A stretch of 64,000 bases of DNA. Origin: Fimicolochytrium jonesii (taxonomy: Eukaryota). The stretch spans positions 372,001 through 436,000 of the forward strand of contig NW_026515681.1 of NCBI RefSeq assembly GCF_025526975.1. Reading direction: 5' to 3'. Positions 37,525 to 48,234 of this stretch are shown in pieces. Each line of letters begins with the position of its first letter. Position 1 is the first letter of the stretch. The notes beneath the pieces were generated by a model, which ran no database searches, was not told the DNA's origin, and worked only from the letters and a program-made list of their open reading frames with translations. A program made the position numbers and the translations under genes.

Positions 37525-38972
37525 ATGCCCGAAAAGCGCAAAAAAACAGCCGACGCCGAGATCGCAGAAGCGGGCCACGCGCTCGAGAGCCTGCCCAAAC
37601 GCGCTGCTACTAAACCGAAGGCCCTCGATACCAAAGCAAGCAGTGGCAAGACACCCGCTGCGAAGAAGAGTTCTAAGAGTCCAAAGAGTCCTACAAAGAG
37701 CCCAAAGAGTCCGAAGAGCCCAAAAAGTCCGAAGAGTCCTGCGAAGAAGGAGCGCCCTGCAAAGGCCAAACCCGAGGATGTCAAGGAGGAGGGAGAAACT
37801 TCAGCTGAGCACGGCAAGCGTCCGCGCTCTGGTGATGGAGGAAAGAAGGCTGCTGCTGTCAAGAAGGAGGGGAAGGAACCTCAGGAGGTCAAGCATGAGC
37901 CGGCTAGTGGCGAAGCCGACACGGCCACTAGTGTCAAGAAAGAGGAGAAATCCGACGCCAAGGAGGAGCAAGCTGGTGAACTGACATTAGGGAAAGGTAC
38001 GTCCAGTCGCACGTTGTATGGCCTTTCCGCAATCCTTATCTCCAGACACAGGCACACTCGAAAAGGGTCAGATCTACTTCTTCTACCGCCCCAAAGTCGA
38101 GCTCACCGAAGCGCACTCCCTCGACGAAGTCCAGCGTTTCAAAATGATCCTCCTTCCAACCGGCGGGACCGCGCCCGGCACCAAAAATCGCATCGCGATC
38201 CTCAGTCGCAAGCGGCTGCCCAGCACGACGCACCGCGAGCGTTCGTGGGGATTCATCGAAAAAGCCGCGGACGATGTGCGGGACCTTGAGGAGCACCTGA
38301 AGAGCGAAACGTATGAGACAAAGACGAAGGGTACCAGGCATCTGGATGCGATGAGGCCGTGCGGGGAGGGGGTGTATTCGATTGTGGAGCATGGTAATCA
38401 TACGCACTTGGCTTATGCGTTGGCTATGCCGGAAACACCTGGTAAGGTGTCCCTTTCTGTCGGATTCGCACTAGTCGCCACAACTTTTATTGACCGCTAC
38501 CTGCGTCTAATGTATGCCAACAGGAGAGGTCCAGAAAACATTCAAAATTGAAAACCAGGGCTCATTCATCTTCTCCATCAAGGTCCGTGCGTGCCTCTTT
38601 TCCTACAGTTCAAAATTTTCGCATACTCACGCCCCTTTCCAGAACCCCACCAGCCCCTCACCCCCTTGGGCGGGCCTCAGTGCCAAATCCGCCGCGCAAC
38701 TCCCCTCTTCCTACACCGCCCTCTTCCGCAACCGCCGTTTCCTCCCCGCCAACCCGCCCTCCTTCCTCGACCACGACCACACGGAGTTCCTCCTGATCGG
38801 CGCGGCGGAGAACGTGGCGGAGGAGCTGGGCGAGACGGGCCAGGAGCTGATGGACTATGAGGAGGGCGAGCATAAAGAGGTCGTGAGGTTGCAGGATGAG
38901 AAAGTGTTTAAGGAGCTGCAGTTGGAGAGGGGGGGTTTTAAGGCTGAGCCTTTGTTTGGGGAGTGGGCTTGA
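37525..38972 (+). CDS. Conserved hypothetical protein with K/S/P-rich N-terminus
   Basis: Four exons. KSP repeats precede a globular domain LEKGQIYFFYRPKV...VQRF...GEGVYSIV...THLAYAL..P...VQKTFKIENQGSFIFSIKNP...FLDHDHTEFLLIGA. Confidence 0.8.
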
Positions 38973-39633
38973 GGTGGGCGGTGGTCGCCCGGGGCGATAT
39001 CGATATAGCGACCTCTTTTCCTTCCAGGCTTTTCCCGCGTGCCTTTGTGCGCTCGCCCCCTTGTGATTTACCTGCCGTTCAACGCACATGGCATGTTGAC
39101 CAGAAAGCCCTTTTTTTGCTTGGGCGGGAGAGGCTGCATGCTGGATCTGTGGGCGGGCGGGAACGACAGGACTGGAAAGCGATATCGGAGTCGATGCGAG
39201 AAAAAGGGCGGCATGGGGGGTTGGATCGGAGGGGGGCCAATGGGCCACTGGCAAATGCGGCGAAGAACGAGGGAGACGCGCACACGCAGGCTGGAGGGGC
39301 ATATCATATCAAAATGTGTACAGGGCAATCCACAAACTCTCCAGCTTCACCACCCAGTGGCACCCACCTTCCCGAACCGCCTTCACGGCACAATAAGCTT
39401 CCTTTGGGAGTACGATAAAGCAAGCCGCAAGTCTCGAACCGCTCGCTACTCTAGGTGTGGCTGTGTCTGGTGTGTTATCAAGAAAGCGGCCTGTTCTCAG
39501 ACCCAAGATTGCGTGAAACTGTGGCAGTGTGTGAACTTGAACTTGGATAGATTTCGGATTTGCGACAAACGTGGAGAGTGAGAAACAGCAGTCAGCAAAG
39601 CGAGCCGCAGCGGCAACGGATTCGGTTGCCAGC

Positions 39634-41973
39634 ATGAACGACCATTCCTTCTTCGACTCCCTGGGCACCCAAGATGTGTCCGCCGCAGCAACGCGATCCC
39701 CAGCACTTACCCCCCAACCCGACAAAACCGAGCTAATTCACGACGAGCACCACAAGCTCGAAGCCTCAGACCTTCTCGACGATGGCGGGAATAACGGCAT
39801 TCGCGACTCTTCTGCGGCACCATTCCCTCTCCCGCTGTCGGAGCAGGGGACCGACCGTCCCTCGGGGAGTTTGGACTCGGTTGCGCCGGCGGAGGATGTG
39901 GCGTTGGGGAACGATGGGCAGTTTGGCGCGTCGAATGTGAACTTGAGCACGCCATTGGGAGCCAATGTTGGGGGAGGTGGTGGTGCACCCAACTGGCTGG
40001 ATGCGAGTCCATTCAGGACGAACCCGTCGGTCCCCATATTGCAGCCAACTACGACCGGGGTACCCATTCCGTCGTCGCAAGGATTTGATGACGTGGCGGC
40101 CGCTACATCTGCAGTCACCCCGATGGGACTGAAATTGGGAGCTTATTCAACACCAGGTTCTTTGATCGATGTGCAGCCAATGGAACCGATGCTGACATCG
40201 GCGGCTCCTTCGCGGGCGTCCTCCACGGCACCTCCACCGCAATCGTATGTGGCAAATAACGGACCCATTCCTTTCATCACGCCTGGGAATGGACCGAGTG
40301 TATCTGCTGGCGGAGGCGTCATGGATAATGATTTCTTTGCGAGCGTGTCGTCCCCTGCACAGCAGCAGCAGCCGCAACAGGCGCCATTACAATTCCAGCA
40401 ACCGACCATCTCGATACAAAAAACGGCAGACCCTTTTCGTCCACAGTATGGAGGACAGGGACAAGGAGGAGGGCAGTTGCAACAACAGGGTCCTCAGATT
40501 CTCACTACGTCTCCGTCAGGAAGCTCACCGTCTGCTGCCTCGATCGTCTCCCTCGATCGAACATCAATTGCTGGACAACCTGAGCCATCACTGGGATCAC
40601 CTGTGAAGCCTTTACCTCCAACACCACCAACGCGAACCGAATCAGGACAGTATGCTGGAAGTCAATTACCAACAGGCAATCCAGCCAACTTCTTGCAGCG
40701 GCCTTCGTACATCAACACAACACGAGCATCGTTCTCCAAGGAGCCACTCCCGACCCCGCCTGTCCTTGAGCCTGCTCACGAGAACCTTCCCACAAGACGA
40801 TGGACCGATCCCTTAGTTTTCTACGACATCCCTCCCCGTGACCCGGTCGGCGAGATCTTTCCCAAAGCCTTCCCACTGGAGGCGAATGTCCCACGGCCAG
40901 CTCGAAAGATTCTCCGCGCCGAAGATGTCGCAGGTGCCGCGGACCCGCTCCTCGCGCTTGTTCGTGGACATAGCTGGCGAGCGGTCGCTATTCATGTGCG
41001 CCAATTACTCATCCGTACGCATCCGGCTGATGTCCCGTCCATCATGCGGCTATGGTATATCAGGCTGGTGGCTCTCGTGCGACTGAAGCTGTACGAGTTT
41101 GCCAACAGCGAGCTGATGAAGATTTCGAATGGAGGTGATCTGGATAACCCTGCATTACGCTATGAGGCGTATCCGGATGTTTTCGGGGCGAATAAGTCTG
41201 GCCCTATGGTCACGTTTGAGCTACGGGCTTTCTGGGCGCGGCTGCCGAGCTTCAAGGGCAACCACCACGAAAGCATCAACCGCATGTACACGCTCCTATA
41301 CACCTGCCGCACCATGATTCGGAACGCCAAAACGGAAGCATCGCCATCCCGGATATGGCACGCCCGTGCGGCACAGCTCCAGCTGCAGATTGCCAATCTC
41401 TTGCTGGATCTGAAGGATCACCGAGCGGCTACGGGGATATTACGCGCACTGGTCTCCTCGTACCCTACAGATGCACCTCTAGCCTGCGCATTGGGAAGAC
41501 TGTACCTCCAACTAGGCAACACCCCCGCCGCCCGCGCCCTATTCGACCAACCCCGCTTCCGCTCCCAGCCCCCCAACTCTCCGCTCAACCTCCTCAACAA
41601 AGCCTTCTTGTACATCGCCGAAGGAGATTTCCAAGCCGCGTTGAGCCCCTTAACAGCTCTACTAGCTCACCACTCCGACCCATCCCTCTCATCCACCTCG
41701 CCACCGCAAAACGTGCCCTCGACAACCCACGCCCTGAACAACCTCGCCCTCGCACACCTCTACACGGGCAACGTCGTGCAAGCCGTATCGTTCCTCGACA
41801 GCACGGTGATTGAGCAGCCGGCGACAGCGGGCGTGTGTCCGCCCTTGCTGTTCAATCTGTCGTCGTTGTATGATCTGTGTGATGCGACGTTGGATAGGAA
41901 GCGGAGGTTGGTGGCGCATGTGGTGGCCAAGTATGCGGGGGATGATTTTGATACGAGTTGTTTGAAATTGTGA
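39634..41973 (+). CDS. TRAPPC12: Trafficking protein particle complex subunit 12 (TPR)
   Basis: Disordered N-half, then SWRAVA...LWYIRLVALVRLK...YEAYPDVF...GPMVTFELRAFWARLP, TPRs, LLFNLSSLYDL and terminal GDDFDTSCLKL. Confidence 0.9.
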   Translation: MNDHSFFDSLGTQDVSAAATRSPALTPQPDKTELIHDEHHKLEASDLLDDGGNNGIRDSSAAPFPLPLSEQGTDRPSGSLDSVAPAEDVALGNDGQFGASNVNLSTPLGANVGGGGGAPNWLDASPFRTNPSVPILQPTTTGVPIPSSQGFDDVAAATSAVTPMGLKLGAYSTPGSLIDVQPMEPMLTSAAPSRASSTAPPPQSYVANNGPIPFITPGNGPSVSAGGGVMDNDFFASVSSPAQQQQPQQAPLQFQQPTISIQKTADPFRPQYGGQGQGGGQLQQQGPQILTTSPSGSSPSAASIVSLDRTSIAGQPEPSLGSPVKPLPPTPPTRTESGQYAGSQLPTGNPANFLQRPSYINTTRASFSKEPLPTPPVLEPAHENLPTRRWTDPLVFYDIPPRDPVGEIFPKAFPLEANVPRPARKILRAEDVAGAADPLLALVRGHSWRAVAIHVRQLLIRTHPADVPSIMRLWYIRLVALVRLKLYEFANSELMKISNGGDLDNPALRYEAYPDVFGANKSGPMVTFELRAFWARLPSFKGNHHESINRMYTLLYTCRTMIRNAKTEASPSRIWHARAAQLQLQIANLLLDLKDHRAATGILRALVSSYPTDAPLACALGRLYLQLGNTPAARALFDQPRFRSQPPNSPLNLLNKAFLYIAEGDFQAALSPLTALLAHHSDPSLSSTSPPQNVPSTTHALNNLALAHLYTGNVVQAVSFLDSTVIEQPATAGVCPPLLFNLSSLYDLCDATLDRKRRLVAHVVAKYAGDDFDTSCLKL

Positions 41974-42204
41974 GGGGGAGGATTTTGGGGGTTATCGGTT
42001 GGGAATAAATTCGTCTGATACTGTCTTTTATGAGCGATCTTGTGCGTTCTGGTTTTGTCTTTGGAACCAGCACGACTGGGCTTTCCTATCGCTAGTTCCA
42101 ACTCGGTTAGTCTGCCGGCAAATCTGGTGTCTGAGCTCGAGGTTGCAGTGGTTGTGCTTTGCGGTGCAGTCCAGGGTGCAGTCGAGCAGGGCTAAGGTCA
42201 AAGG

Positions 42205-42220
42205 AACCCTAACCCTAACC
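42205..42220 (+). repeat. Short interstitial telomere-like repeat (CCCTAA)n
   Basis: AACCCTAACCCTAACC, about 225 bp upstream of the next ATG. Confidence 0.6.
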
Positions 42221-42445
42221 TTGAAAATGCCCGACGTCCTCTTTCTGACTTCGACTCTTCTGGACTTCTGACTTTACTATGCTGCCTGCAATCACAGCAG
42301 ACATCCTGCCAGGCGCACAGCACTCAAGTTCCAAAGGCATCGCAAAGAACGGAAAATACCCGTACGGCATAGCGGAGACCCAGCTCTGTTCTTTTTTAGC
42401 ACACGCCTGCTATCCTCTGTGAAACTCTAAATTGTGTCGGCAACA

Positions 42446-43899
42446 ATGGCCTCAGAGACAGCAATCCCCGAACGCCCCGTCCCGTTGCTCGGGGTGGTTC
42501 CGGAAGGTACGCTGCTTGAGGCCCGCCGTTGGATTGGCCTGGCAATTGTCATGTGTTTCCAACACACTGAGCTTGAGGAGTACTTGGGGCAAAGTTTCTC
42601 AAACATCTTGCGAATATGTCACTGTGCGCCCCTCCACACAGGTCTGCCCCCGAAACAAACACTCCTAGGGTCCGACGATATCGCTGCGGCGTTCGGTCTC
42701 AAGAAACGTCTGCTCAAACGGTTCATTGAGCCATATCAGTTGCCTGAGGGACACCCCGACAGGCCGACGAAGGATTTTACGTGCCTTATCAAAGACCTGA
42801 AAGGTGGGAGGATGGAGAGCCACAGGGAAGAGCGTGCAGGATGGTCGTTAACGGAGGTGGTATGGATTTGCAGGGCTGTCCACTGCAAAAGGAAGCCATT
42901 TCATCCGCCGGCTGCTAACGCACGAACCGGCGAGGCCGCAGAAGATTGAGCGGATTGATCCGTTCTATATTAAGAATGCGTTGAATTTCAAGAAGGGGGT
43001 CTTGAAAGATGTGGGTTATGCCAGTCGACACTTTCCGCTCTTTGTATCGCAAACTGACAATGGGTTGATATTGCAGTATGATACTAGCGTATTTGGCGAG
43101 CTGGCACCACCGCCTCCAGCACCTCTAGTGACCGCGCCGAGTGTTCCGAAAATCACTCTCAAACTCGGTAAGAGTGATGAACACGTCCATTCCATCCTCA
43201 CATCTATCCTCACTTGAACCGATATGCTCACACATCCCGCATTTCAAAGGCAGCCGCGCCTCAATATCAGCCCTACCAGACGACCACCACGCCCCCCGCC
43301 ACGTAACAATCAAAGAACCCGAGCCCAAAGAAAAGATCTCCCCGACCAAACGACGTCATGAAGACGACGATGACGTGAAATCACCGCCCAAGAGGAGAAA
43401 AAGCAGTAAAGAGATGCCGCCTGCGAAGGGCGTGCCGTCTGGGTATCGACGACGGAGTATTGAGGAGGCGAGGGCGGTTGCGGCCGCGAAGTATAAGTCG
43501 AGTCAGCAGGTAGAGTTAGTCATGTGCAATCGAGAGAGGGACATTGCTGCCGCGGCCGGATGGTGTTGCAAAATGGCATGCTCATCATAACTTTCATACA
43601 TCGTGATTTCCCCAGGAGCGAAAAACGAGAGAGGAAGAAGGAGAACGGCTTGAACCGCCACGAAAGAGAAAGGCCGACGAGGGAGAAAATCATGAACTGT
43701 CAAAGAAGAGACGAGTGGATGACTCGCATCACCAGGAATCCGCCAAGAAGCGGAAGAAGGTAAATACATTCTGAGCATCAGTAGAATCGTCGTATCTCAC
43801 GCCAACTATATCCCATTCCCTCATTCCCATCAGCCGGCACCCCCACCTTCTCGCCGCCGTTCAGTCCTGGATGCATCCGACATTGATATCATAAACTGA
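42446..43899 (+). CDS. MED19: Probable Mediator subunit Med19/Rox3-like protein
   Basis: Spliced model with about 6 introns, e.g. 42804..42873. LLGSDDIAAAFGL...RFIEP...KDFTCLIKDLKG|LSTAKGSHFIRRLLTHEP...IERIDPFYIKNALNFKKGVL parallels the recalled Med19 pattern LTGSTNLITHYNL...LSNFLPDLPG...SLRSLIEKPP...FRLHTGPL. K/R-rich tail. Confidence 0.55.
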
Positions 43900-44290
43900 G
43901 AAGAGTATCGCATATCTTCGAAACCTTTGCGCCCTACCACGGGTGCACAGTCAAAAACACCGAAAGAGAACTTTCGTGACATGAAAATAACGACACGCAT
44001 CTGCACTCTTAGTTTCTGTAGTCTCCCCTTTTTGGCTAACCGTATTTTTTTGGGACTGTGCTTTTCAAGTGTATGTATATACCCGTTTTCAACATTTTTG
44101 GGGATTGAATTCTATGTAACAACAAAGCAGGAACGAAACTTGAGCGTATTAGCATCCAATGTGTTGAGAAAACACGCTTGTTGCTGTCTATACGTGTGTG
44201 GGTGGCTATGTACAGGTCTACGACAATATCAGGGATGTGGAATTACGCTGATGGTGGTGAAGGGAAAGTGCCGTGGGCAAGACGCAGCGC

Positions 44291-44972
44291 TCATTCCGAA
44301 GGGGGATCTTCCTCCTCGAGTGCGAGAATCATCTCGATTGCTTCCGAATAGCCTGGTATTGATTGGCCCACTGCTTGTCCGCCATCGTCGCCGGCTCTCT
44401 CCGTACCTATCAGCACATAGTTCAGCAAGATGATCCGAGGGGGCAGCTGCGAGATTGTTGCTTACAGACGCGGGAGTAGTAATCATCCACCCAGCCCAAG
44501 ATCGAGTCCGTTTCGCCTTCGCCATCAGAGTCTTTGATTAGGCTATCACCTGAGCCGTTTGATCTCCTTAGTCTCGTCGTGGGTGCTGTTCCGTCATCCG
44601 TGTCGCTGTGGTCTACATAAAGACCAGCATCAGAATTCGAACGTTCCTCTCTGCTGTGCGACACTCCCACCAACCTAGTAATATCCGTTTCCGTTTAGCT
44701 GGCGCGACCAGAGCTTTCCCCCGGCCTAGACTCCCGTCGTACCGCTCCTCATACGATCGTTGTTCCCGCGCAAGCTCTCCATCCGACTCTGGATCTATAT
44801 ACTCGGATCGCAGGTATCCCTTATTTTGTGACAGCAGGAAATCCGAGCCGGACGAAGAGCAGCCCTGGCTTGTGTCGTTATTCGAAAGGTATCCATGTTC
44901 CATTTCTGGTGACGGTATGGATTCTGCTACCAAGACTTCTCTCGTATCGTGATCGTCCTGGACCGCTGCCAT
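44291..44972 (-). CDS. Acidic, probably disordered hypothetical protein
   Basis: Three exons join in frame at canonical splice sites: MAAVQDDHD...KRKRILL|DHSDTDD...DYYSRV|CTERA...LEEEDPPSE*. Divergent from TBCA. Confidence 0.55.
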
Positions 44973-45355
44973 ATCCTGAGCTATCCGTATATTTTGCTGG
45001 GGCAGCTTTGAAAGATCATCCGAGGAGAAGCTCCGTGGGAATCTAGCTGAGTTGAGAAGCCTGCAAAGAATCACCGCAGGATGTCAACTCTCACAGACAA
45101 GCATTCCACCGCACCTGCCTTCGCTTGCCTTCAAAAACCAAGGCTACACGGAGACGCAGCGGCAACGACCAACATCCTCAGGGCGGCACCATATCGTCGT
45201 CTTACTTGAAGACTTGGCAAACGCGTGGGCAAGCAACCAACTCGGACCAACTTCTTTCGGACTTTTCGGACTTCTGGATTCAACATCGGAACTTTTCACA
45301 TCTCAGCTCAGCTCCATCCCATCACCGAGGCCCTTGACGTATGCAGGCTACTACC

Positions 45356-45914
45356 ATGCTGAGCAATACTAAGGTGAGGGATGTGCTCCTAACGTATCGA
45401 TTTCCGTTCGTCACATCTTACTCGTCAGGTTTACAGCCGCCAGCAGAGCTCCTGAAAAAGATCAAGGTCCAGACAGGGGTCGTTCGCAGGTATTGGGTAG
45501 GCTCGGCGGCGATCATATAAGCCTCCAGGAATCCCTCACACGTCGTCATTGAATGCAGGATCAGCAAAGATCTCAGCTACTATGATGAAGAAGCGATAAC
45601 ACAACAAAAGCGAATTGACAAACTTATCGCAGACGGAGCGGACGAGCATGATATTCGAAAGCAGAAGGAAGTGTTGGAAGAGACACATGTGATGATGCCC
45701 GATGGGAAGAAGAGGCTGGCGAGAGCGCAGGAGGAGTTGCAAGAACTTTTGGACAAATACCTTGTAAAGGAAGGAGGTGTCCTGTCACCAGCCGTAATTG
45801 GTTGCTTATTGTCCAATCTCTCCACAGGGTGCGGTAGATCATGAAGCTGCGACTTCGGAGGAAGTGCTCGCTGCAAAGTCGCTCCTGCAGACTCTACAGA
45901 CAATCATTGTATGA
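45356..45914 (+). CDS. TBCA: Tubulin folding cofactor A (Rbl2)
   Basis: Four exons: MLSNTK|PPAELLKKIKVQTGVVR|RISKDLSYYDEEAITQQKRIDKLIADGADEHDIRKQKEVLEETHVMMPDGKKRL...|GAVDH...IIV*. Missing from the ORF track. Confidence 0.92.
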
Positions 45915-46389
45915 TGATGTTACTTGGAAGATTCAGGTCTTCCCACGAATGCAATTTCATTGTATATATTTGCGAGGTTTTACGGGCTAAGCGCCCAGTT
46001 TTTCGAATGCGACCAACAATATCACAAAGTCTGATGGTTCTGTATTTCTCCCCGCTGCAACTTGGGGTCGAGTAGTCGAACAGAGGGCCATAGCGCTTAT
46101 GGCAGTACATACTGTATGTATGCCACCGCATATCAGCGGAATATGCCCTAACGACCTTCGGCCTCCCACGTGATGCGCACTTCATGCGGACAACCGAATG
46201 CATGAAAGGACGCCCGAAAATTGCCAGTGTCCCACTACTTTTCGGTCGACGAGCGACCTGCTTCCCTACCTTTGACGATTTATCTCTGGAAAGAGCGCTT
46301 GATTACACCAGAATGGATTTGAATGCCGCCCGCTCTATCCCTACACTGTCTGACTACTCCTAACTATATACGATAGGTGATGCCAGAAT

Positions 46390-47669
46390 CTAAGCAGTGA
46401 AGGCATTGGAAGCGGGGGGCCGAGGTTTGTTGGAAGGACCAGCGTCGACCGCCTGCGCCTTGGTTGTTCTTGAAGCCGACGATGGCCTTATAGATTCAAA
46501 AAATGACCTCTTGCCATCCGGAGGGCTGTCATTCACCGGCGTGTTCGATCGGGTGCTTTTTTTGCTCCTGGAGCTTTGCAGCAGTGTTTTCGGCTGAAAT
46601 CCGCCCGGCGCGGTCCCATGCATGTCCCATCTCGCGAGGTCTTTGATGACATGTTCCACGTACAGCAGGATTACTACGTAGAGTTGGATTGCGCTAAGAT
46701 GTTGAGATTCGGTCAATAAGGGCCGAACAATCGAAGGACGAAAGTAACAGGGGGCTCACAATTGTATCACACCAGTACGTGGGAAGGTTAAACTGGTAGT
46801 GCCGACTGTTTCCATGACTATTGGGTGAATTGTGAAGTAAGGAAACGCAATGAGATGACAATCTAAACGGACGGCCTGACATACCTGTGCAGAAGATCAC
46901 GATGATGATGCAACTCCCAAAGACCAAAAAGAGACTGTATTTCTGCATTGTCAACCAATCTTGACTCGCGTCCAGCCGATCCTGGGACACCACGCCCGAT
47001 TTCGTAGCCCCAAAGAGTTTCGTTTTCACCTTCATTACCACCTTCGTGACGGCCCCGACCACACCAGTGATGATAACGGCCAGGACAAACCCCCACATCG
47101 CCGAAATAAGATCAACGATCTCCTCCCACCCATCCGGCCTCGTCACCAGAAGAATCAAAGTGCCCGCAAATGCGATCGCGAAAACCGCGGTTGTGAAAAT
47201 AACGACGCCCGTGTTCCAGCGCCGGTTAAGACCCAGCGTGGCCGACAGGACGTCGAAGAAGCGGCGAATGGAAAGAAACCGGACAAAGAAGGACACCAGG
47301 AAAAGCAGACTGTTGAAGGCGTAGATGACGATGCGCTGCGTCTGACTCACTTCGGCAATAATGCGGAACGCCTCGCGGGAAACGGCGACGTTGTAAGCGA
47401 CAAGAAGAACATGAGCTGCAAGGTGCAATTTCTCCTCCAGCGGCCTTTCGCGAAATGGTTTGCTGGATGATTATGGCCACGGAATTAGCGCCTTCCTCTT
47501 CCGTGGCTGCTCGGTCGGGCAGTTTATATTACCTCTTGTCGGAACGGAGACTTCGATTGACGGATGTCCATAAACATCCTAACGCCAAGAAGCTGGCCAA
47601 GCAGGATGGGATCAGCGAGACTAGCACGTCGCCCAGCGGTGGGGTGTCATTGAATGGCGGCGGGCTCAT
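46390..47669 (-). CDS. Orphan seven-transmembrane (GPCR-like) protein
   Basis: Four-exon model gives a short N-terminus with an NDT sequon, seven hydrophobic helices and an S/T/P/K-rich cytoplasmic tail. Confidence 0.65.
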
Positions 47670-48234
47670 ACTTGTGGTTGTAAAGTAGTATTCGCCAGCG
47701 CAGGGTGGTTTTTGTTCGAAGCCGGCAATCCAAATGCTGCAGGTTACGGTAAGTGCTGTGAAGATTCCAGTACGATTATATCCATGAACCCTATACGACT
47801 TTATCTGATACCGAACACAAGCCTACGGTGTTGAACTCTCTCTACGGTGTGTACGGTGTCTATCTACGGTGCCCACTGCCTAGGGTGTCAGCCCCAAATT
47901 AGAAGGTTTCGGGAAGAGCGTACAGCACTGTGGTGTTTTTCTTACGTAATGCGTTGCTTCATTCGGACGTCGGAACCAAAGCCACAAAAGTCTCGCCGGT
48001 TTCGGACATGCACCAATATGCAAAGTAGGAGGACTTCTTGCGGGCTTCTTCACGCGGTATCATCACGGGAGTCACACTTTCTATGTTGGAACAGCCATAT
48101 TCAGGGACGCAGTCGAAGGAACAATGAGCCAATAATGATATGAGAATTCAGTCCGTAAGTCACCCAACCCCTCAGTAGTGGTCTTTCATTCACCCCGAGA
48201 ACCTAGCTGACTGTAGTCCGAACAGCGTTCCGCC

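Noticed and set aside
39612..39639. RFX X-box-like half sites before TRAPPC12 (GGCAAC…GTTGCC)
   Set aside because: The half sites are in the wrong order for an X-box, and no good X-box was seen at IFT46 or C2CD3.
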